Of a DNA stretch of 64,000 bases, positions 19,325 to 29,861 are shown in pieces. Position numbers and translations under genes: made by a program. The stretch comes from an uncultured Nitrospina sp. (GTDB lineage: Bacteria; Nitrospinota; Nitrospinia; Nitrospinales; VA-1): NCBI GenBank assembly GCA_937891765.1, contig CALAGQ010000085.1, positions 39,008 to 103,007 of the forward strand. Reading direction: 5' to 3'. The notes beneath the pieces are model-generated. The model saw only the letters and a list, made by a program, of their open reading frames with translations. It did not search any database and was not told where the DNA came from. Numbering within the stretch: position 1 is the stretch's first letter; each line of letters starts with the position of its first letter.

Positions 19325-21584
19325 TACTGTGGACAAACCTAAAAAAAATCGCCCCAGCCCCGAAATCACCCCCGAGATTGTTAAGGAACACGGTTTGACC
19401 GTGGAAGAGTTCCGACGCATCCTCGACCTGATCGGCCGCACCCCGAACCTGACAGAGTTGGGTATTTTTTCCGTCATGTGGAGCGAGCATTGCAGTTATA
19501 AAAGTTCCCGGCCTTATTTGAAGAAACTACCGGTCGAAGGCCCCAGAGTTCTGCAAGGCCCGGGGGAAAATGCTGGAGTCATAGACATTGGCGACGGCCA
19601 GGCTGTCGTCTTCAAAATTGAAAGCCACAACCATCCCTCTTTTATCGAACCCCGTCAGGGCGCGGCAACCGGCGTCGGCGGAATAATGAGAGATGTTTTC
19701 ACTATGGGTGCACGGCCGATTGCCTTGATGAATTCATTGCGCTTCGGCGAACTGGAAGAACCGCGCACCCGGTTTCTGCTGCATGGTGTCGTCGATGGCA
19801 TCTCCAGTTACGGAAACTGCACCGGCGTTCCCACCGTTGGCGGAGAAATTTATTTTGATGCCTGTTACAACGGAAACATTCTGGTCAACGCGTTCTGTCT
19901 GGGGCTGGTCAAAACAGATCGAATCTTCCTGGCTGGTGCCGGCGGAGTGGGCAACCAGATTCTTTATGTCGGATCAAAAACCGGGCGCGACGGAATCCAT
20001 GGCGCAAGCCTCCTGGCTTCTTCCGAGTTTGATGAAACTACAGAAGACAAACGACCCACCGTGCAGGTGGGCGACCCGTTCACCGAAAAACTGTTGATCG
20101 AAGCCTGTCTGGAATTGTTTGAGTGCGACTGGGTGGTGGGTGTGCAGGATATGGGAGCCGCAGGGCTCACTTCGTCTTCGTTTGAAATGGCGCACCGAGC
20201 CGAAACCGGCGTGTTTATGGATCTGTCAAAAGTTCCTCTGAGAGAGGAAGGCATGATCCCCTACGAGATTTTGCTTTCCGAGTCGCAAGAGCGCATGCTG
20301 TTTGTGGTCAAACCCGGCCACGAAAAAGAGGCCTTGGCCATTCTCGATAAATGGGGACTGGATGCGGCCATCATCGGTGAGGTGATCGAGGAATCCTGCG
20401 TACGCATCCAGTTTGACGGCCAGGAAGTGGTGAACCTGCCAATCTTTCCGGTTGTCGATGGTGCGCTGGATCTGAAACGGCCCACAAAACGTCCCGAATA
20501 TCTCGATGAGGTGGTGCATATAAGCCTGACCGAGTTTCCCGACTTTACGCGCGGAGACAGGGCTTTGAAAAAACTTCTGGCTTGCCCCAATATCGCCAGC
20601 AAGGAATGGGTCTACGAGCAATACGACCACATGGTGCGCCTGAACACGCTGGTTTTGCCCGGTTCGGACGCGGCCGTCCTGCGCATTAAGGATACAAATA
20701 AAGCCATAGCCATTTCGGTGGATTGCAACAGTCGCTATTGCTATCTCGACCCCTATGAGGGTGCCGCCATCGCCGTTGCCGAAGCCTGCCGCAATGTGGT
20801 GTGCTCCGGCGCCGAACCCATAGGCCTGACCAATTGTCTGAATTTTGGCAATCCGGAAAAACCCGAAATCATGTGGCAATTTCAACAGGCGGTAGAAGGC
20901 ATGGGCGATGCCTGCAGGTTTTTTGATATTCCGGTAGTCAGTGGTAACGTCAGCCTCTATAATGAAACCAAAGGAGACGCGATTTATCCAACCCCAACCG
21001 TTGCCGTTGTTGGCCTGATCGAGAATCAGGAGCAGGTCATGACACAGGGATTTAAAAAATCCGGGGATCAAATCGCTCTCATCGGTTTTACCATGGAGGA
21101 GTTGGGGGGAACCGAATACCTGAAAGTCATGTTTGATCGCAGCGAAGGGAAGCCCCCTGTTCTCGATCGAAAGCACGAAAAACAGGTTCAGGATTTTTGC
21201 CGGGAGCTGATTAAAAAAGGCCTCATTTCTTCGGCTCATGATTGTTCTGAAGGAGGGCTAGCAGTCGCGGTGGCAGAATCTTGTTTCTCGCCGGGATGCC
21301 AGACGTTGGGAGCCACGCTTACACTGGAGTCCACATTAAGAAACGACACCTTGTTATTCGGGGAAACCCAGTCGCGCATTGTTGTTTCTTTTCCCGAAGA
21401 ATGCATTAACGAAATCAAAGATCTGGCTATGGCATTTCCGGTCGACTTTTCCCTGATCGGCAAAGTGGGTGGTTCTCACTTCACGGTAACGGTCAATGGA
21501 AAAGAAGTTGTTAAACAGGATATCGAAGTTTTAAAAGAAATCTGGAAAACTTCATTGGGGAATTATGCTGGACAAACTACATGA
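19284..21584 (+). CDS. purL: phosphoribosylformylglycinamidine synthase subunit PurL
   Basis: [27 protein letters not shown]. The true start may be the in-frame GTG at 19329, just after the purQ stop. Confidence 0.95.
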   Translation: MDKSFLNLLFQIPDTVDKPKKNRPSPEITPEIVKEHGLTVEEFRRILDLIGRTPNLTELGIFSVMWSEHCSYKSSRPYLKKLPVEGPRVLQGPGENAGVIDIGDGQAVVFKIESHNHPSFIEPRQGAATGVGGIMRDVFTMGARPIALMNSLRFGELEEPRTRFLLHGVVDGISSYGNCTGVPTVGGEIYFDACYNGNILVNAFCLGLVKTDRIFLAGAGGVGNQILYVGSKTGRDGIHGASLLASSEFDETTEDKRPTVQVGDPFTEKLLIEACLELFECDWVVGVQDMGAAGLTSSSFEMAHRAETGVFMDLSKVPLREEGMIPYEILLSESQERMLFVVKPGHEKEALAILDKWGLDAAIIGEVIEESCVRIQFDGQEVVNLPIFPVVDGALDLKRPTKRPEYLDEVVHISLTEFPDFTRGDRALKKLLACPNIASKEWVYEQYDHMVRLNTLVLPGSDAAVLRIKDTNKAIAISVDCNSRYCYLDPYEGAAIAVAEACRNVVCSGAEPIGLTNCLNFGNPEKPEIMWQFQQAVEGMGDACRFFDIPVVSGNVSLYNETKGDAIYPTPTVAVVGLIENQEQVMTQGFKKSGDQIALIGFTMEELGGTEYLKVMFDRSEGKPPVLDRKHEKQVQDFCRELIKKGLISSAHDCSEGGLAVAVAESCFSPGCQTLGATLTLESTLRNDTLLFGETQSRIVVSFPEECINEIKDLAMAFPVDFSLIGKVGGSHFTVTVNGKEVVKQDIEVLKEIWKTSLGNYAGQTT

Positions 21585-22977
21585 AGAATGCGGAGTCGTA
21601 GGCGTATACGGTCATCCTGAAGCGGCTAATCTGGTTTATCTAGGGCTCTATGCACTGCAACACCGGGGTCAGGAGAGCGCCGGTATTGCTGCCAGCACAC
21701 ATTCTAAAATGCGTCTTGAAGTGGGCATGGGGCTGGTCGCCGATATCTTTGATCCAACCCGAATCCTGAAACTGCCGGGCCCTATAGCCATTGGCCATAA
21801 CCGTTATTCCACAGCAGGGAAAAGTGAGTTGGTCAACGCTCAACCCTGCATGATCAACTATTCAGCCGGGTCTCTGGCTCTGGCTCATAATGGCAACCTC
21901 GTTAACGCCGAGTCCATACGTGAAGAACTGGGTGTCCAAGGGGCAATATTCCAATCCACCAACGACAGCGAAGTCGTCGTGCATTTAATGGCCCAGTCGA
22001 AAGCCGACTCTTTCGTGGATCGGGCCGCCGACGCCTTGAGACAAGTCCAAGGTGCCTACTCATTGGTACTGATGACAGAAACAGAATTAGTCGCCGCCCG
22101 CGACCCGCACGGGTTTCGTCCTCTTTGTCTGGGCAAACTCGATGGCGCTTATATCGTGGCTTCGGAAACCTGTGTGATGGATCTTATCGAAGCGGAATTC
22201 ATCCGCGAAGTCGAGCCAGGCGAAGTCATCCTGATCAACGATAAAGGGATACAATCATTTTTCCCGTTTAAAAAAGTCGACCCCAAACATTGCGTGTTTG
22301 AGCATATTTATTTTGCGCGACCGGACAGCTTTATATTTGGAGAGCATGTCTACACCGTGCGCAAGGATATGGGCCGGGCCATGGCTCAGGAAAGCCCCGC
22401 CGATGTCGACATCGTTATTCCCGTTCCCGACTCAGGGGTTGTGTCGGCAATGGGTTTTGCTGAACAAAGTGGCTTGCCCTTTGAAATGGGTCTTATCCGC
22501 AACCATTATGTCGGCAGAACTTTTATTGAACCGCAATCGCAGATCCGGCATTTTGGCGTTAAGCTTAAGCTGAATCCGGTAAAATCAATGATCGCGGGCA
22601 AACGCATCGCTGTCATTGATGATTCCATCGTCCGCGGCACCACCAGCCGCAAGATCGTGAAAATGCTCAGGGATGCAGGAGCCAAAGAAGTCCACCTACG
22701 CATTTCAGCACCGCCAATTCTGCACTCCTGTTTTTACGGCATCGACACACCCAACAAAGAAGAATTGATCGCCCACAAACACAATCTCGAAGAAACGTGC
22801 AAGTATCTGGCAGCAGATTCTCTAGCCTACCTCAGTCTGGAAAAAATGTTGACGGTACTGGAAAACGGCAAGAAGAAATTCTGCTCCGCCTGTTTCGATG
22901 GCAACTACCCTGTCCCTATCCCCGACCAAAAAGCGGTCACCAATCAGTTGGGCTTATTCGCTGACGAGAACGCCTAA
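21565..22977 (+). CDS. purF: amidophosphoribosyltransferase
   Basis: Short propeptide then CGVVGV. PRPP loop [12 protein letters not shown]-terminal Cys ligands ([16 protein letters not shown]). Overlaps purL by 20 nt. Confidence 0.95.
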   Translation: MLDKLHEECGVVGVYGHPEAANLVYLGLYALQHRGQESAGIAASTHSKMRLEVGMGLVADIFDPTRILKLPGPIAIGHNRYSTAGKSELVNAQPCMINYSAGSLALAHNGNLVNAESIREELGVQGAIFQSTNDSEVVVHLMAQSKADSFVDRAADALRQVQGAYSLVLMTETELVAARDPHGFRPLCLGKLDGAYIVASETCVMDLIEAEFIREVEPGEVILINDKGIQSFFPFKKVDPKHCVFEHIYFARPDSFIFGEHVYTVRKDMGRAMAQESPADVDIVIPVPDSGVVSAMGFAEQSGLPFEMGLIRNHYVGRTFIEPQSQIRHFGVKLKLNPVKSMIAGKRIAVIDDSIVRGTTSRKIVKMLRDAGAKEVHLRISAPPILHSCFYGIDTPNKEELIAHKHNLEETCKYLAADSLAYLSLEKMLTVLENGKKKFCSACFDGNYPVPIPDQKAVTNQLGLFADENA

Positions 22978-22978
22978 C

Positions 22979-25708
22979 TTAAGGAGCCGCCGGAGCTTTA
23001 ACTTGTGGCGATACCTGAGTACCTTCCAGAATTTTACCTAGTCCTTCCAGGTCTTTCCGATAGAGTGCCAGCGATTGATCCAGTTTTCCCTGCGATTCCA
23101 GAATGCGGCGGTAAGTGCTGCGGATCTTGTCATAGTCGCTCTTGCTCAAAACCAGTTTCTGATCCTTGGAAGATTTCGCAACATGTTGACCCGACTCTTC
23201 GCGAGGCTTACGGTCAAAGCCGGTGAATATTTTCTCTAAGGCTTCTTCGAGAGTCCGTTCCATGGCGATGCTGTCTTCATAACCGACGATGACGCGCTTG
23301 AGTTCGGGAATCTTTCCCGCATCGGCTTTCAAGTATAAAGGCCGCACATAAACTAAAGACTCCTCAATGGGAATGACCAGAAGGGTTCCCTGAATAACAC
23401 TCGACCCGCGTTGATCCCACAACGAAATTTGCCGGGAAATCTCTGCATCCTGATTGATCCGGGCCACCATCTGGCTGGGACCAAACACCAGCTTCTGTTT
23501 AGGGAAGGTATACACATCCAGCTTGCCATACTGTTCGCCATCACTCCGTGCCACCATCCAGGCTGACAGGTTGCTCTTTCCTCTAGGCGTGTACGGAAGC
23601 ATAAGAATATATTCTTCGCGATCCTCACCCGGTAGTTTCATGATCGTGTAATAAGGCTTCATAATTTCCCCATCAATTTCCGGTATCTCCCATTGGTCTT
23701 CCTTGTTATAGAAAACCTGCGGCCTCTTCATATGATAGGTGGCATAAATATGTGTCTGAATCATAAACATGTCGGAAGGATAACGAATATGATTTCGCAA
23801 ATCTTCCGGCATCTCGCTCAAGTCTTTAAACAGGTCGGGGAAAATATTGCGGTACGTTCGAATAACCGGGTCGGCCTGATCGGCGACATAAAAATTCATC
23901 GAACCGTCATAAGCATCAATGGAAATTTTTACAGAGTTGCGCACATAATTGCCGAACCGGGGAATTTTCGGGGAATAAGGAAAACGGTCGCTCACCGTAT
24001 ACGCGTCATAAAGCCAAATCAGACGGCCTTCTGAAATCACCAGATAAGGATCGTTGTCCAGCCTAAGAAATGGTGCCACTTTCTGCACCCGGTCGGTGAT
24101 ATTCCGGTACATCAGAACCCGGCTTTCATCATGAATGTCCTCGGAAAAAATGATTTTAAGAGCTTTGAACCGCGCCGCAAGAACGAGCTTGCGGAAAAAA
24201 GACCCGACTTTAAATCCGCCCTTGCCCTCATAGTTCTTGTATACGTTTTTCTCCCCTTCCGGGTAATCAAACTCCTTGGTTTCGGTGTTGACAAAAACAT
24301 GGTCATTGGCCAACTCGCCAAAATAAATTTCGGGCCGGGTCACCACCAGATCTATATTGGATTGCGGAGGAATATCTTTAATGAGTAACACCGGCAATCC
24401 TTCAGGAGTGACCTGGTTAACAGGACTCAGCGCAACTCCATAACCATGTGTGAAAGTCAGGTGTTCGTTGATCCATGTGCGGTTGGGCAGATTGGAGGAG
24501 AGCAATTCACGCGGTGACAATAAGGTCTGGCGATAATCCCCGTTGATGCGGTAGCGGTCGTTGTCTACAGACTGGAATTGGTAATACGTCCTGATCTCCT
24601 GGATCTGCCCCAAGGTGTCAAGAAGCGGTTCCGGATCCCAGAGTCGGATATTTTTGATGGTGGTGGCGTTTCGCCGGATGCTTTCGGCGGTCAGGGCCGC
24701 AGAACCGGAAAGCTCATGCGTCTCGGTCTGGCTCAGCCCATATGCCGTCAACGCACCGGCAATGGTGTGCTCGATATAAGGGGCTTCCTTGACCAATTCG
24801 TTGGGAACCACTACAAATTTTTGCAATACCTTCGGATATAAATTGGCAACAAAAAATACCAATCCCAACCCCACACCCGAAAGCATGACCTTTTTCATAC
24901 CGGGCCGGATCAACCCCACAAATGAAAACAGTGCGGAAATCAGGGAAGTAATGATCAGAATATAAAGGACAGGAATTTTGCCATTGTCATCGGAGTACCC
25001 GATTCCGGAAATCAAACTGCTTCCCTCTGTCAGCAACTCATAACGCTGAAGATAAAATTCGCTGGCAAACAAAAGAAAGAACAAACCCGCAAGACCCGAG
25101 AGGGTGCGCCGGGCATCGGGAAGAAGAACCACTCCGGTCGGCCCAACATAAATAAAACGCTTGAAAAAATAGATCAGCCCCACGCCGATGGAAAGCACGA
25201 TCATGGTTTCCCACAACAAAGACTTCACCAGCAACCACAGGGGCAGAGTGAAAAAGTAAAAGGAGATGTCCTTGCCATAGATGGGATCAACCTCTCCATA
25301 CGGAGAAGCGTTGAAAAATTGCAAAAGCGTTTCCCATTGCTGAGCCATCACCAGTCCGGTCATAACCGCCAAAACCAAAGGGATCAATAGAATCAACAAT
25401 TTTAAATTGCTGGCCATAACATCCAGCAAAGGCACTTCCCGCCGGACCTGATCAGACAAGAGAATCGGCAGATGGGAGGTTTTCTTGTACACATGATTTA
25501 AAAAGCCAAATGTCAGCAGGAAAAACGAAACGCCGGTCAGCAATCCAAACCCGAACTGCGACACCAGCACCGTCCACAAGACCGAGGTGATGCCATGACT
25601 TTCAAACCACAACCAATCAATATAAAAGGAAAGAATTTTATCAGCAAATAGCGCGCCGGCAAAAACCACTGCCGCTAGAATGAACAACCACTTTTTAAGT
25701 TTTTCCAT
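22979..25708 (-). CDS. UPF0182-family large membrane protein
   Basis: 909 aa. N-terminal multi-TM region beginning ...FYIDWLWFES, then a large soluble C-terminal portion. The family is recalled from this characteristic N-terminus and architecture. Confidence 0.7.
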   Translation of the reverse strand: MEKLKKWLFILAAVVFAGALFADKILSFYIDWLWFESHGITSVLWTVLVSQFGFGLLTGVSFFLLTFGFLNHVYKKTSHLPILLSDQVRREVPLLDVMASNLKLLILLIPLVLAVMTGLVMAQQWETLLQFFNASPYGEVDPIYGKDISFYFFTLPLWLLVKSLLWETMIVLSIGVGLIYFFKRFIYVGPTGVVLLPDARRTLSGLAGLFFLLFASEFYLQRYELLTEGSSLISGIGYSDDNGKIPVLYILIITSLISALFSFVGLIRPGMKKVMLSGVGLGLVFFVANLYPKVLQKFVVVPNELVKEAPYIEHTIAGALTAYGLSQTETHELSGSAALTAESIRRNATTIKNIRLWDPEPLLDTLGQIQEIRTYYQFQSVDNDRYRINGDYRQTLLSPRELLSSNLPNRTWINEHLTFTHGYGVALSPVNQVTPEGLPVLLIKDIPPQSNIDLVVTRPEIYFGELANDHVFVNTETKEFDYPEGEKNVYKNYEGKGGFKVGSFFRKLVLAARFKALKIIFSEDIHDESRVLMYRNITDRVQKVAPFLRLDNDPYLVISEGRLIWLYDAYTVSDRFPYSPKIPRFGNYVRNSVKISIDAYDGSMNFYVADQADPVIRTYRNIFPDLFKDLSEMPEDLRNHIRYPSDMFMIQTHIYATYHMKRPQVFYNKEDQWEIPEIDGEIMKPYYTIMKLPGEDREEYILMLPYTPRGKSNLSAWMVARSDGEQYGKLDVYTFPKQKLVFGPSQMVARINQDAEISRQISLWDQRGSSVIQGTLLVIPIEESLVYVRPLYLKADAGKIPELKRVIVGYEDSIAMERTLEEALEKIFTGFDRKPREESGQHVAKSSKDQKLVLSKSDYDKIRSTYRRILESQGKLDQSLALYRKDLEGLGKILEGTQVSPQVKAPAAP

Positions 25709-25717
25709 CGTTTTACC

Positions 25718-26266
25718 TTAATTTTCCTTCCATTTTATGGAACAACCCATTGCAGGGATCTGTTCACCCGGAACTTCTTTTCCGGCAACAATACAATCCA
25801 GGGCCTCTTTCAAGTTTCGCTGGGTCACTTTCTCTTCGTGCTCCCAGTTGTCATCAATTCTGCCCCGGTACAAAAGTTTCCGTTCCGGGCCATAAACATA
25901 AATATCAGGCGTGCACACCGCATCATAAGCCTTGGCCGTCTCCTGAGACGCATCGAACAAATAAGGGAAATTAATGCCTTTTCCCCTGGTAACCTTCTGC
26001 ATGTTTTCCAGAGAGTCATCCGGATAACGTTTCGCATCGTTGGAGTTGATACCAACCAACTGCACTCCCTCTGTCTCGGTTTGCAAATCAATCAACCGCT
26101 GCAACACCGCTTTGACATAAGGACAATGGTTGCACATGAAAATGACCACCAAGATATTCTTATCTGAAAAACTTTCCAGAGAATATTTCTTGCCATCAAC
26201 TCCAGGAAGCTGAAAACCTGCGGCCGGGGTTCCCAATGGAACCATAGTGGAATGCATTAATGCCAT
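25718..26266 (-). CDS. thioredoxin-fold CxxC redoxin (PRX-like/TlpA-like)
   Basis: FMCNHCPYV CxxC motif in a peroxiredoxin-like context. The start is uncertain (GTG 26293, ATG 26266/26257/26245) and no clear SD is present. Confidence 0.7.
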   Translation of the reverse strand: MALMHSTMVPLGTPAAGFQLPGVDGKKYSLESFSDKNILVVIFMCNHCPYVKAVLQRLIDLQTETEGVQLVGINSNDAKRYPDDSLENMQKVTRGKGINFPYLFDASQETAKAYDAVCTPDIYVYGPERKLLYRGRIDDNWEHEEKVTQRNLKEALDCIVAGKEVPGEQIPAMGCSIKWKEN

Positions 26267-26363
26267 AGTGAATTGTTGTGGACAACAGAGCACCCATTAA
26301 AAAGAATTGATGGATCCATGCTATCAGCCTTTCGGAACTGGCTCAATATAAAATACTGATTTT

Positions 26364-27284
26364 TCAAGTGGACGACTTGCAGGTCATTCCCGTAACTCGG
26401 CAGGTATAACAGGCAGGGTGCGACAAGGGAAAAGGACGCAGAGTTTCCTCGATAGTGTTTCCCATGCGGGCCTTCGGGTTATCAACGAGAATCGGACAGA
26501 CGTAAACACCTTCTCCGGTCGCCATGCGCGACGTCGCGCATTGGAGTTGAGTGATATCAAAATTTTCAAAGCAGGCCTGGGTCACTCGCTCTTCTTCATT
26601 ATAACCACGTTCATTCTTAGCCAGCTGCCCCAACATAAAACCCGGCAGTATCTTGATTTGCGGTCGAGGCACCCGGTTAGCGCGGAGAAACTCGATGAAC
26701 TGCAATTCCATTTCCGCATCCTGTTCTTCTTCCCAGGAACGCGTGATGGTGAGTATCGGCGAAAATCCTGCCTGGGCAATGTGTCCAATTCCAGCCACAG
26801 CTTTTCTGTAAGCGTTTTTTCCACGTATGGCATCGTTGGCCGCTTCCTCAAAATTTTCCATACTCACTCTGAAACGCAAGGTGTGAGCGGAAGCGTCCTG
26901 AATCTCCCTCAACCGTTGAGCTTTCTCAGCGGTGATCTGTGTGCCATTGGTCAGGACATCGAGAGGCCCATAGCGCAGAATTTCAGCGAGGATTTCAAAA
27001 ATCTCCGGATTGATAAACACTTCGCCGCCGGTGATGTAATAGTCTTTCACCTGCAAGATTTTAGATTCTTCCAGTCTTTCTTTAACCTGAGCCAGAGTCA
27101 TCATGGCGATGGTGTCGTTCTTCGGCCCACAACTGATAAAACAATGCGTGCATTCAAGATTGCAGAGCGTACCCCCGACCTGCATCCACAACGTCTCCAG
27201 GTTTTTCAAAGGAACTTCTGGAATCATTCTTTTATCTGAATTTTTTACTTGAGTGTCCACGTGTCTATAATCCGGCAGATTCAA
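26364..27284 (-). CDS. radical SAM enzyme with Cys-rich C-terminal (SPASM/twitch-like or ArsS-like) domain
   Basis: CNLECTHC (CxxxCxxC) followed by FISC, a GGE motif (ITGGEVF), and C-terminal C-x10-G-x3-C ... C-x2-C-x6-C. Confidence 0.85.
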   Translation of the reverse strand: MNLPDYRHVDTQVKNSDKRMIPEVPLKNLETLWMQVGGTLCNLECTHCFISCGPKNDTIAMMTLAQVKERLEESKILQVKDYYITGGEVFINPEIFEILAEILRYGPLDVLTNGTQITAEKAQRLREIQDASAHTLRFRVSMENFEEAANDAIRGKNAYRKAVAGIGHIAQAGFSPILTITRSWEEEQDAEMELQFIEFLRANRVPRPQIKILPGFMLGQLAKNERGYNEEERVTQACFENFDITQLQCATSRMATGEGVYVCPILVDNPKARMGNTIEETLRPFPLSHPACYTCRVTGMTCKSST

Positions 27285-28398
27285 ACGAGTCGCTGACGCT
27301 ACGGATGCGCAGTTTACGCCGTAGTGCCGCGAACCCTGCCGAAGTTTTTCTCCCCAGTCCCGATCGGTAAACCGGTGTCACTGCAAGTTTTGCCTGCAGT
27401 GGATCTCCGGTAAAAAATCGGGTGTCGAGCGGACTCAAAAAACGGCATGTCGGATACAACCACTTTAATGGCAGACGGTTGCGTTGAATCGCCTTATCCA
27501 TATGTTCTGCCAGTTCCGCCAGCTCGCGGTATTCGTCTAGCTTTTCGTTGCTGCCACGTTGCAGATAGATTAAGGGAATGATTCCCGAGTCCGCCAACCG
27601 ATCAATCCCTTCCTTAAATTGTTCAGGAGTTTCCGATCCTACAACCAGATCGGTCCAGACTGTGCCGGGCGGAAAAACTCCTGCGGCATATTCCAGAGCG
27701 GAGTGAACCTGTTTTGCGGTCATCTTTTTTTTCGACTTAATGGTTCCGGAAAAACCGCCCAGGGGGAAATCAATGATATCGAAACCAGACGCATACATGA
27801 GGTCAATGGTGCCTGAGTTCGAAGGCGGGAAGCCTTTCAACGCGACAAAAGTGTTAAAGCGTTTTTTGATCGCCTCCACCAAAGGTGCCAGCCGATCGAA
27901 TCCCCGGTCGTCTTCTTCGCAAAAATCCATATTCAATTGCACCAGGTCTGCGGCCCCTTCTTCGAAAGCCGACTGGATGACAGAAAGAATAGCTTCTATC
28001 GGCATGCTCAGTTTTTTGCCCCTGCCGATAGCGCGGAGAAAAATGTTCAGGCAATACCCATCGAGACAGATATTTTCAGAAACTGGCGTGCGTTGCTTCA
28101 ACTGCTGTTTGAGAAATTCCGGAACCGTGATGATGCCGACGTCAATCTCCCCTTCCCTCATATGGAGGCGCAAACGGTCTCCATGACTGACCAGCTTTGG
28201 TCCGTCCTGTCCCGGCGCATTCAGGTTGGCCTTGACGATGAAGTCGTCCGCCAGAGCCAAGGTGATCTCCTCGCCCGGCTCGCCGGAGCAGAGCCCACCC
28301 GAGACCTCAGAAAGTCCCTGCAATATAGTAGGAACCGTGAGCCCTCTCTGGATCAAACCCAGTTTTATTTGCCCGTGATAAATTTTATCCATAGCCAT
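27265..28398 (-). CDS. radical-SAM/TIM-barrel-like protein lacking the CxxxCxxC motif (377 aa), function unknown
   Basis: The ORF start overlaps the mpl stop (TAATG) and its end overlaps the rSAM start by 20 nt. Its segments resemble rSAM barrels (VVGSETPEQFKEGIDRLADSGIIPLIYL), but only a C-x4-C (CLDGYC) occupies the cluster position. Confidence 0.6.
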   Translation of the reverse strand: MAMDKIYHGQIKLGLIQRGLTVPTILQGLSEVSGGLCSGEPGEEITLALADDFIVKANLNAPGQDGPKLVSHGDRLRLHMREGEIDVGIITVPEFLKQQLKQRTPVSENICLDGYCLNIFLRAIGRGKKLSMPIEAILSVIQSAFEEGAADLVQLNMDFCEEDDRGFDRLAPLVEAIKKRFNTFVALKGFPPSNSGTIDLMYASGFDIIDFPLGGFSGTIKSKKKMTAKQVHSALEYAAGVFPPGTVWTDLVVGSETPEQFKEGIDRLADSGIIPLIYLQRGSNEKLDEYRELAELAEHMDKAIQRNRLPLKWLYPTCRFLSPLDTRFFTGDPLQAKLAVTPVYRSGLGRKTSAGFAALRRKLRIRSVSDSFESAGL

Positions 28399-29792
28399 TA
28401 TCGATCCAGAATCTTCTGGTGGATGCCACCGAATCCGCCTGATGACATGACCAGCACCACATCGCCACTTTCAGCATTTTCAGCCATGTAGGCAACAATG
28501 TCATCCACTTCCTGAATGTAGTGAGCGTCTGTTCCTTTTTGCCGCAGACAAGCCACAACCTGTTCCGGATCCAATCTTTCTTCCTCACTGAGTTTTTCAG
28601 GCGCGAACAATCCGGCAATAATAACCCGGTCGGCGGCGAGAAAACTATCTGGGAAATCCTGTTCAAACACCTTTCGTCTTGAAGTGGCCGATCGGGGTTC
28701 AAACACAGCCCACAACCTCTGGCCAGGATAAGCCTCTTTCACCGCTTCTAATGTTAAGCGAATGGCAGTCGGGTGATGTGCGAAATCGTCCAGCACCGTT
28801 AACCCGTTTTTAACCCCGACCACTTCTTGCCGCCGTTTGATACCTTGAAAAGTTTTAAAGGCAGAGTTTATTTCATCGGCAGTCAGGCCCAATTGCAGGC
28901 AAAGAGCTGCTACCGCCGCCGCATTTTCCACATTATGCCGGCCAATCATCGCCAACTGAAAGTCCGCTTTTTTTGCCCCCTGATAAAACAGAGAAAAATA
29001 ACCGCAGCCACCTTCAAAGCGGTAGTCTTTGATCTGCCAATCCGCCCCATCAAGATAGCCATAGGTCTCGACCTTACAAACGGCCTTTTCCAATACATCC
29101 TGAATATTTGCGTCAGCGTGTTTGACCAGTATAACCCCTTCAGGCTGAATCAGGCTCACATACTTGCGAAAAGCATCTTTAATCTGATCCAGATCGTCAA
29201 AAATATCGGCGTGGTCAAACTCAATACCCGTCAGAATCGAAGCATCGGGACGGTAATGCAGGAACTTGGGTCCTTTATCGAAGAAAGCGCTGTCGTACTC
29301 ATCGCCTTCCGTCACAAAATAATCACCCTCAGGAACCTGATGGTTGTTATCGAAATTTTTCAACCAGCCACCCACCATGAAACCGGGTTTTCTACCGGAT
29401 GCTTCAAGCACCCAACTTAAAAGTGATGTGGTGGTGGTTTTGCCATGCGTGCCGGTGACGACCAGAGATTTTCGACCGTCGAGAAAAAAACGCGCAATGG
29501 CTGCAGGAAAAGATGTGTAATCCAGTCCAGCATCCAAAACGGCCTGCACTTCTTCGTTGATTTTCGATACGGCATTACCGACAATGACCAGATCGATGTC
29601 ACCTGTGATATTTTCTTTTCGATAACCGGGAAGAACCGGAATTCCGGCATTAGCAAGAAGAGTACTCATCGGCGGGTAGACATTGGCATCGGACCCTGAT
29701 ACCCGATAACCGGCGCCTTTCAACAATCCCGCTAACGCCGCCATGCCGGTGCCGCAGATCGCTATAAGATAAATGTTTTTAATGTCTTTCAT
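28398..29792 (-). CDS. mpl: UDP-N-acetylmuramate:L-alanyl-gamma-D-glutamyl-meso-diaminopimelate ligase
   Basis: Mur-ligase N-terminus ICGTGMAALAGLL, P-loop GTHGKTTTTS, and a length (464 aa) and overall pattern typical of Mpl. Confidence 0.85.
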   Translation of the reverse strand: MKDIKNIYLIAICGTGMAALAGLLKGAGYRVSGSDANVYPPMSTLLANAGIPVLPGYRKENITGDIDLVIVGNAVSKINEEVQAVLDAGLDYTSFPAAIARFFLDGRKSLVVTGTHGKTTTTSLLSWVLEASGRKPGFMVGGWLKNFDNNHQVPEGDYFVTEGDEYDSAFFDKGPKFLHYRPDASILTGIEFDHADIFDDLDQIKDAFRKYVSLIQPEGVILVKHADANIQDVLEKAVCKVETYGYLDGADWQIKDYRFEGGCGYFSLFYQGAKKADFQLAMIGRHNVENAAAVAALCLQLGLTADEINSAFKTFQGIKRRQEVVGVKNGLTVLDDFAHHPTAIRLTLEAVKEAYPGQRLWAVFEPRSATSRRKVFEQDFPDSFLAADRVIIAGLFAPEKLSEEERLDPEQVVACLRQKGTDAHYIQEVDDIVAYMAENAESGDVVLVMSSGGFGGIHQKILDR

Positions 29793-29803
29793 AGAAACGA
29801 GGC

Positions 29804-29832
29804 ATTGTAGATACGCCCCCCAACAAAGTCAA
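29804..29832 (-). promoter_or_regulatory. sigma70-type promoter TTGACT-17-TACAAT, 11 nt upstream of the mpl ATG
   Basis: Minus-strand read: TTGACTTTGTTGGGGGGCGTATCTACAATGCCTCGTTTCTATG. There is no SD between the -10 box and the ATG. Confidence 0.45.
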
Positions 29833-29861
29833 CAGGATGGAGTGCGGTCGAAGATTGAGAC

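Noticed and set aside
26294-26366. Selenocysteine recoding or a read-through extension of the Cys-rich radical SAM protein (TGA stop) or of the redoxin
   Set aside because: The frame after the TGA closes again after six codons, and no SECIS-like hairpin is evident. The redoxin has an ordinary CxxC with no in-frame TGA.
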